Virus record (IMG/VR): IMGVR_UViG_3300037424_000723
Span: 13,331 to 77,330 of that record
DNA from: a virus
Taxonomy: Duplodnaviria > Caudoviricetes
Strand: one strand, 5' to 3'
Length of the DNA stretch: 64,000 bases
Below, piece after piece: positions 58,301 to 64,000 of this stretch. Position 1 is the stretch's first letter, and every line of letters starts with the position of its first letter. The notes below the pieces were generated by a model. That model ran no database searches. It was not told the DNA's origin and was given only the letters and a program-made list of their open reading frames with translations. A program made the position numbers and the translations under genes.

Positions 58301-58526
58301 ACCCAATTGAGGGATTGGCGATTTTGACGCATAAAACCTGATACGCCTGCACCCCACCAATGGGCATAATCCAGACGCGGCGCTGCGCTCGGTTGGCCCA
58401 AATGTCACCGCTGCCGCTCTGGTTGCCCAATTCGTCAACAATCACGGCTCGGAACTGTGCTTGTTTGTCCTGTTTTAGGAACAATTCTTTTTGGCGTTTT
58501 TGCTGAATATCCCGATATTGAATCAA
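55362..58526 (-). CDS. Tail fibre/spike with a beta-helix region and a C-terminal receptor-binding domain
   Basis: 1054 aa with G/T/A-rich beta-helix-like repeats; NGHPLVWQRGTSF...YFADRF is typical of phage fibre modules. Confidence 0.75.
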   Translation of the reverse strand: MIQYRDIQQKRQKELFLKQDKQAQFRAVIVDELGNQSGSGDIWANRAQRRVWIMPIGGVQAYQVLCVKIANPSIGLGVIVGYADPLSRTQEVLRTDYEFFQPSSTTGRSWEALGLEDLQVGGELRLWLDPRLMIPLATYPDDTGLVVNVVSGDYVYAGVRVTFAGQVGIALTQNPNPGEHYLAGLYLDASNTLQVIYGASIAIASTAPQPAWPDGAFQLSTVLIDDTQTSISLADDITNRRILWTDIDSFSSWPFASIWSISTTDPDADFVSIAAAIASGLLGFRDGLVLDAEQFSSASATTLSVLGITITGGMGQPEITSSISNDFTLKITNAGVILRYMQVAHTAAGTLAGCITSNQDGSVYDHVRTVKTSGAATTAAGIWIFGGNSSGHILQDCDVSVAAGTAKYGVLIDTAASTVVIEGGQFSAVTADIRVNHASATVILKGPQLKGGGLSVAAGTVKGWYFDANGNEIFVNGSGMSGGVWLEDASTELRTHYASTSLAAAFAAALAAAAAGDVITCGPGTYTVTADIAVSVAITIKGFLGQTVFATSTNNVAIFNLTAAAMLDDLIINNSGAGAAATGVRWNVDGVVLRNLTITTSGAPLQNSGLDQQGGVGAKVYNPTITVSGGTGNYGYINQIADGACEIYGGQISGSTYDVYPSRAGSVLATYGTILVHNTVNNSGTYPRSNIMPTPTPPILMNGHPLVWQRGTSFAAAATGQYFADRFSYHKTGSVAVHTLSRDTSVPSVAQIGSLFEYSMLIDCTTVDASIAAGDAVFIRTVLEGYDFLKIAQQQFTIPMWVAATKAGVYCIAFRNSGTDRSYVAEFTAAGSDAWGYFPVTVPASPSAGTWDYTTGAGLQITVALACGSTFQTTAGTWETGNFIATSNQVNGCDDIANNFRIIMGDPVPGPYARPMLPNPYGTIQELTAACQRYAYLLSPSSNAMDLGFGRKSSTTNVSIIIPLPTMRVAPTALAQNISGYTAGAPGTTTIGLVDQTTNAFFTITGALTVAFGAANTNNVRIDFAAGTSWSGTAGDIASLRIGPSVVAVVTAEY

Positions 58527-61500
58527 CTCACACTCACCACTACCGCTTTACCCTGATTGCTATCCCCCGAATCGCCATAGCACAATAATACCTTAGTTGA
58601 TGATATTTTTGCTACCGCTCCTTCAAAAAATCCACTTGTTACGTCATTTGTGCCAAATGTGATAATATCCTGAACCATTATTGTTGCGTCTGAAATATTC
58701 AAAGGCACTAATCCACCATACTGTAATTGGTCGTAGCAACAGACGCAACAGGTATCAGTTATGGGGATAACACCCGCCGTACTGTCGTAGCCATAGGTTT
58801 TTTCGCTAACAAAAACACTTGTTCCTGCCGTTATCGTTGTGCCTGAGATCGTCAAAACAACGGCTTTGATTCTATATTCTTCAGGTGCGCTATAAGCGTT
58901 TCCCGTTTGGTAAACGACAATGAGTTTATTAGCCTCAACTAATTTCACATAGTTGAAGCCCCGGCTATCAAATGTACCAACGGCATCTATATTGATGCCC
59001 CCACCCTCGACCGTAAACGTAGTGGTTATGCTACTTAATATTTTGGCAAAAAGTTTTGTACCCCCATCGCCTATTACACAGATAGCGGTGGAGCTATCTA
59101 GCATCTCTACCGCCGTAGAGACAAATACCCCGGTATTGTCAATCACAACTGCCGTGTTGGGCGTGATAGTCGAACCGCTTACATCCAAAACACAACCTTC
59201 AGCTTGAGTACTGGTTGAATATGTCACCAGAGCCTTGATACTGGTCAAGGTGATAACGCCAGTGCTGCCAAACTGAGAAACTGCGCTAAATGTTGCTGCT
59301 GCCCCTGGTGTTATCGTTGTGCCCGATATATCCAAAATACAGGCTTGACCATAATTCGGGCCAACACCATTATCCCGATAAGTAACAATTACTTTGGTAG
59401 TTGACAACATAGCTACGCTGATATAGAGGGTTGAGCCAGTGGCAAAAGTAACCGGCGTCCCTGCTGTCACTGTGGTTCCGCTTACCTGAATAATACAGGC
59501 AGTTCCGATGCTGCCGTTGCCGAAATCGGAATAACATACAATAAAATCTGTACTCGATAGGGCAGCAATAGCCGTGTAGTTTGTGCTACCCGTTTCGAAA
59601 GTAACCGGCGTCCCAAGTGTCAGGGTTGTACAAATATTTGGTGGTATCCAACCAGGCGTAGGTAGAGCCGGCGTGGGATAACCTAGTGGATAGTTTCCTT
59701 GCACTCCATCAGGGCCGCTGGCTTCTGGCTCAAAAACTACTGAGGTGGATATAATACCAGCGGCATGGTCAAAAGTGTAAGCAATATTCCGGCAAATCAA
59801 AAGCCGTTCAAAAAGTTCGGTGTTACGTTTTAGGTCAGCGTCAGAAATACCCCAGGAGTACCAGCCAATAGAGGGGATAATATCAAAAGCGCCTATATAA
59901 TTAGAAGGGGTTGTAAATCTCAATTCGCGGGGGTTATTATTCGCCTGAGCCAACACGCGGCCAATACGTTCATTGCTATCGGTTTGGCTGCTCAAAATCT
60001 GATTACCAACTGACAGTGATCCACCCCCGCGCAGTTCCGGCAAAATGTAAGTCACGGAGGATTCCCGATAGCCAGGTAACACACTGATAAATGGAGTTGA
60101 GGTTGTGCCGTTAAAAGAAAATCCATTAAGCTCAGCAAAGGCGGTTGTTTCTTCCGGTTGCCTGACTAGCGTCACTATACCGGAAATATCAGCCTCTAAA
60201 ATGGTCATTACTGTATCTAGCGCGGCCCTACCTGCCATGTTCAAAATCTGGCTATCCTTAACAAGATAAAGTTGCCCTAGCCGATTGCACATCATCTTGG
60301 CGTAGATACCCCGGCCATAAGCCAGTGAGTTGGCTTGCTGTAATAAACTCTGTTCGGTAAAGTCGGTATTGAGTACACCCCGACTATCATCGGTCAATCC
60401 GTAAACATCCCATAATTGCAGCACACCATAGCTCTGATATTTAATCAGGTGATGAATGGCCCGCCCGGTAGTCATCCAAGAGGCATAATGCCACCACTTT
60501 GCTACCGTTGCCCGCGCATTTAGTGAAACACTGCCAAGTTCCCAGATAGAATCTAAAACCGCGTCCGGTGTAGTAAACTCAAACGAAGCAGACCCCGTGC
60601 CATCAGAGAATGTGTCGGTGTCTGTATCCTGCCGAATATAGCCTTCAACGATGATATTATCCGCGTTGACATCCCATAAGTCTACGTACCCTTCAGTGGC
60701 ATCAAAGACGTTTTCATACCAGATAAGGCAGAGTGTTCTATCCGGTATATCTGCCAATGTGTCAGCGCCGGTAATATTGAGCGTGCCCCGATAGCCGTTT
60801 GTGTTCCAGTCACCCGTAAGCGATTGCACGGCAAAATCTTTATAAGGGGGATTGTCGTCATCATAGACAAAGATAGCCCGATAAGTGGATTGAGTCTTGC
60901 CGTTGTCATCCGTTACAATCAGCCGTAGCCAATATTGCCCGGCGTTTTCAATGGTTATCGTGGTACTGGCTGCTGCGGCATTAGCAATGGTAATCCCCAC
61001 TGTGCCCCCCCCGTTTTTTACACAAGTCCAGGCATAGGTAGAGATAGCCGCGCCATTGGCAATGGCATAGCTAGGTGTGGCATCAAGGGTAAAAGTGGCA
61101 TCGGTAAAAGTTACATTTAGCCCGGCTGATTTTGCCACATCTCCTTCATAGGCATAAAAAGACCGTACCGCAGTCCCGCCGTTATTATTGATAAAGAGTT
61201 GAATAGCGTCCCCTGCCGATATGCCACCCAAGTCTACAATTTCTTGAATAATGGTAGATATATCCGGTGTAGCGTAAACCGTATCCACTACCCAGGCCGT
61301 CCCAAATGTCCAATTAACCGTTGCCACTGTTCTGACCCGACTATTGTAATCAGTCGTATCTATCGGTGCGATTGGGTCAAGTGCTAATTCGCCTTGTATG
61401 TTTACATCAATTGTGCCGGTATTGGCGGCAAAGGCAGTTAAATCCACTGTAGCGCTGGTTATCGTTGCGCCAAGTGGAATATCAACCGGGCTAATAAATC

Positions 61501-62119
61501 TAATCCAGGTATCTATATTTGTGCCACCCGAAAATCCCATGCGTACCGAGGTGGTCGAGTTAAGAAAGGCAATTAAAATATAACCGTCATCTGGCCCGGT
61601 TGCTATCTGAGTGTTACTTATTGTCCCAGGCGAGGCATAAAAAGCCCGGTGTGGGCCGGCAATAGCAACAGGAGTTGGTTCTTCATTTTGGTCGGTATAA
61701 GAAATTGAATAAAACTTGTAAAATACCTGCGAACGAATAACGGGGGGGATAGGTTGAATTTCCCAAACATGGTAAATCTCGATAATCGTGTTGTCTGGCA
61801 CGTTGCCCGCACTGCCGCAAATGTCGTTTTCATCAATCTCAAACGAACCGCTAACCTCATCTCCGGTTATGCTCTTGATTCGGCTGCGCTGGATGCCAAT
61901 ATCGGTATAAAACCAGATAGTCTGACCGGCCTGGATAGTGGCAAATTGTCCGGCTGTACCCGTGCCTGTGTTGTAGAGAAATGTACGCGTTCCTCTGGCA
62001 AATGCACCGTTTGTTTGAGCGGTTAAAAGTGTAGCCGGTTGCAAGATGCTTATGTACGGTGTGGCACGTGCGGTTTTAGTGCGGAGATTGATTAGACTTC
62101 CAGCAGACATAACTGCCAT
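58523..62119 (-). CDS. Large tail/baseplate protein with PKD-like domain and C-terminal repeat (propeller-like) domain
   Basis: FTLDATPSY...STYAWT...GQYWLRLIVTDDNG (PKD-like); repeated GTPVTF / ISGTTIT units. Confidence 0.7.
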   Translation of the reverse strand: MAVMSAGSLINLRTKTARATPYISILQPATLLTAQTNGAFARGTRTFLYNTGTGTAGQFATIQAGQTIWFYTDIGIQRSRIKSITGDEVSGSFEIDENDICGSAGNVPDNTIIEIYHVWEIQPIPPVIRSQVFYKFYSISYTDQNEEPTPVAIAGPHRAFYASPGTISNTQIATGPDDGYILIAFLNSTTSVRMGFSGGTNIDTWIRFISPVDIPLGATITSATVDLTAFAANTGTIDVNIQGELALDPIAPIDTTDYNSRVRTVATVNWTFGTAWVVDTVYATPDISTIIQEIVDLGGISAGDAIQLFINNNGGTAVRSFYAYEGDVAKSAGLNVTFTDATFTLDATPSYAIANGAAISTYAWTCVKNGGGTVGITIANAAAASTTITIENAGQYWLRLIVTDDNGKTQSTYRAIFVYDDDNPPYKDFAVQSLTGDWNTNGYRGTLNITGADTLADIPDRTLCLIWYENVFDATEGYVDLWDVNADNIIVEGYIRQDTDTDTFSDGTGSASFEFTTPDAVLDSIWELGSVSLNARATVAKWWHYASWMTTGRAIHHLIKYQSYGVLQLWDVYGLTDDSRGVLNTDFTEQSLLQQANSLAYGRGIYAKMMCNRLGQLYLVKDSQILNMAGRAALDTVMTILEADISGIVTLVRQPEETTAFAELNGFSFNGTTSTPFISVLPGYRESSVTYILPELRGGGSLSVGNQILSSQTDSNERIGRVLAQANNNPRELRFTTPSNYIGAFDIIPSIGWYSWGISDADLKRNTELFERLLICRNIAYTFDHAAGIISTSVVFEPEASGPDGVQGNYPLGYPTPALPTPGWIPPNICTTLTLGTPVTFETGSTNYTAIAALSSTDFIVCYSDFGNGSIGTACIIQVSGTTVTAGTPVTFATGSTLYISVAMLSTTKVIVTYRDNGVGPNYGQACILDISGTTITPGAAATFSAVSQFGSTGVITLTSIKALVTYSTSTQAEGCVLDVSGSTITPNTAVVIDNTGVFVSTAVEMLDSSTAICVIGDGGTKLFAKILSSITTTFTVEGGGINIDAVGTFDSRGFNYVKLVEANKLIVVYQTGNAYSAPEEYRIKAVVLTISGTTITAGTSVFVSEKTYGYDSTAGVIPITDTCCVCCYDQLQYGGLVPLNISDATIMVQDIITFGTNDVTSGFFEGAVAKISSTKVLLCYGDSGDSNQGKAVVVSVS

Positions 62120-62559
62120 CAGCTTACCACCGGCGAGGGGTCAACCAAAATAACAATGTTGGTCAGTACCAGTCTGACGTTACTAAATACTGTTCCCCTA
62201 GATTGAGAGATATAGTCAAATTGTAGGGGCTGAACGATACATTGACAATCAACGAAATCATTAAGCAACTTCTGTCCATGTGCCCGGTCTATCGTTGCGT
62301 ACAAGATACTATTCGTTGCCCCGTCTATCAAGTCATTCAACACTTTGATTTGCAAATAGGTCATCTGATTCCACAGAAGCGTAATGTTTTGATACCCCTG
62401 CTCGCTTAGCCCGCCTTGCGATTGTGGCACAAGTTGAGTATATGGGCTGAAGTCCGGTAAATCAGGCGGAGGCAGACCTCTGGCAAAGAAGTTGCCTTTT
62501 GTTAGCCCACCTTGAGTTGTGGCAATGCGCCAGTATAAAAGCCAACGCGGATTTTCCAT
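62119..62559 (-). CDS. Probable distal tail protein
   Basis: 146 aa directly after the tape measure gene; positional call. Confidence 0.5.
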   Translation of the reverse strand: MENPRWLLYWRIATTQGGLTKGNFFARGLPPPDLPDFSPYTQLVPQSQGGLSEQGYQNITLLWNQMTYLQIKVLNDLIDGATNSILYATIDRAHGQKLLNDFVDCQCIVQPLQFDYISQSRGTVFSNVRLVLTNIVILVDPSPVVS

Positions 62560-64000
62560 CAGCTTACCTTGCCCAGTTCATTCAAGATCAAATTTCTCAA
62601 TCCGGCCACGAATATCGGGTTTTGCAACAATCCTGTATCGGTTACGGGTAGGTTAATCATCTGTGTTTTACTATTGCTAATGCTCCCGGCTATCCCGTTG
62701 CCTTGCGTATTCATCATGACTGCCGTATTTGGCACAATGCGCCCGTTGGAAGATGGCACAAATAGCTCTGGCCCACGCTCACCTACAGGTACAGCTTGAC
62801 CGGCATTGACCAATCCCCCAAAAGCCCTACCTTGTGTTGATTGCATTGCACCACTGCTGCCATTGCTACCCGGCCCGCCACCAATAGTACCGGGATTGTC
62901 ACCAAATCCAGCAGTGTCACCACCCGTTGTACTTGGCACTCCTTCACCGGCGGCCGCTTCTGCCGTAAGTGCATATTCATCGCGTTTGGCCTGTTCGTAT
63001 TCCTGAATTAGGGCAAGTTCTGCCTTGAGCGATTCCTCTAAATCAGCAATCTTGCGTTCATATGCTTTATTCGCATCCTCAATATCACGTTGTCTGTTTA
63101 GCTCCAATTCTTCCAGTTTACGCGCCTCGGCTATTGACAAGTCCTCTTGTTCCCGGTCTAGTCGTGTTCTGTTTTCCTCCAATGCCCTGGCGTTATAGAG
63201 GCGAATGTCCTCTAACTTGTGCTCATTGGCTAATCGAGCATCCTCTATTTCACGCTGCTGCTGGATTGCTAGTTCTTCGCGTTTCTTTTCGCCTTCAAGC
63301 TTAGCATCGTTAATTGAGCGTTGTCGGTCAATTTGAGCTTGATTTACTTCCTCATTACGTTGACGCAAAGCCCGTAAAAATCCAACCGCATCCCGGTTAC
63401 GTTCTGCTTCTTCCGCATCAAGCTCAAATTGCCGCCTAATGTCTCTTAACCTACGCCGATAATCAACCTCAATATCAATGCGTTTATTGGCCTGTTCCCG
63501 CTCTAGGTCGGCTTGTTCCCTGACAAACTTAAGGGCTATGTCCTGTTCTTGCCGGTTTAGGTCAATTATTGCATCTTGTATCTTTTGCTCAGTTTCACGG
63601 GCAATGTCCTCTAGTCGCCTGGCATTGTCGCGGGCCAAATCCTCACGTTTGTTGGCAAATTCCTCTAAGATGTCAAAACGCTTGCGGGCTGTTTCAATCT
63701 CAATATCTTCTAACTTCTGGCCTAATTCCTCCTGTGCCTCGGCAAATTTCTCATTAACTTTTGCTAATGCTTCCTCATATTCGGCATTTGCCTCAGCCGC
63801 TTCCTTAGCCGCTTGTTTTTGAGCCAGGATTGCATCTGCTGCATCAGTGCCGGCCCCTGCTGTTTCCTCTAATTCCTCCCTTAAGTCTGCTTGGCTATCC
63901 TTATTGCCATCTAAGGCGCTTTGATAATCAGCAAACGCCTTTTGGGATTCAAGAATAGAGGCGTTAAAAGCGTCTTGCCCTGCTGCCAAGTCAGTTGTCG
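62559..64000 (-). CDS. Tape measure protein, C-terminal part (frame open past the window edge)
   Basis: Long E/R/A coiled coil and RAFGGLVNAGQAVPVGERGPELFVP, a typical TMP C-terminus. Confidence 0.85.
   Translation of the reverse strand, partial: TTDLAAGQDAFNASILESQKAFADYQSALDGNKDSQADLREELEETAGAGTDAADAILAQKQAAKEAAEANAEYEEALAKVNEKFAEAQEELGQKLEDIEIETARKRFDILEEFANKREDLARDNARRLEDIARETEQKIQDAIIDLNRQEQDIALKFVREQADLEREQANKRIDIEVDYRRRLRDIRRQFELDAEEAERNRDAVGFLRALRQRNEEVNQAQIDRQRSINDAKLEGEKKREELAIQQQREIEDARLANEHKLEDIRLYNARALEENRTRLDREQEDLSIAEARKLEELELNRQRDIEDANKAYERKIADLEESLKAELALIQEYEQAKRDEYALTAEAAAGEGVPSTTGGDTAGFGDNPGTIGGGPGSNGSSGAMQSTQGRAFGGLVNAGQAVPVGERGPELFVPSSNGRIVPNTAVMMNTQGNGIAGSISNSKTQMINLPVTDTGLLQNPIFVAGLRNLILNELGKVS

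Noticed and set aside
55362-62119. Diversity-generating retroelement acting on tail genes
   Set aside because: No reverse transcriptase and no TR/VR pair differing at adenines; the short repeats reflect protein repeats.

Overview
This window is most of a tailed dsDNA phage genome, probably siphovirus-like; the host is unknown, with only weak hints toward Chloroflexota. It is cut inside the virion module at both edges. On the minus strand, terS-terL-portal-head morphogenesis-protease/scaffold-major capsid (10.4-18.4 kb) is followed by a glycan synthesis and decoration cluster (1-9.6 kb). That cluster holds a DegT aminotransferase, a His-for-Lys ColD-like dehydratase, a GT10-like and a GT-A-like glycosyltransferase, three methyltransferases, a sulfotransferase and a TadE-like pilin, and it runs off the left edge. 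The right edge carries the tape-measure C-terminus and two very large tail proteins. The middle holds early small ORFs, a response regulator, Mom, three DNA methyltransferases, an SNF2-like helicase, Sak/Rad52, primase, a replication initiator, DnaB and about ten free-standing HNH/GIY-YIG/PD-(D/E)XK endonucleases. Notable non-coding signals are a type I-C-like CRISPR repeat outside any cas locus (candidate RNA anti-CRISPR), long-stem RNA leaders ahead of four endonucleases, a covarying twin-hairpin repeat, a recurring promoter motif and repeated gene-junction linkers. No integrase, endolysin or cas gene was recognised. All calls come from reading motifs by eye; no searches were run.
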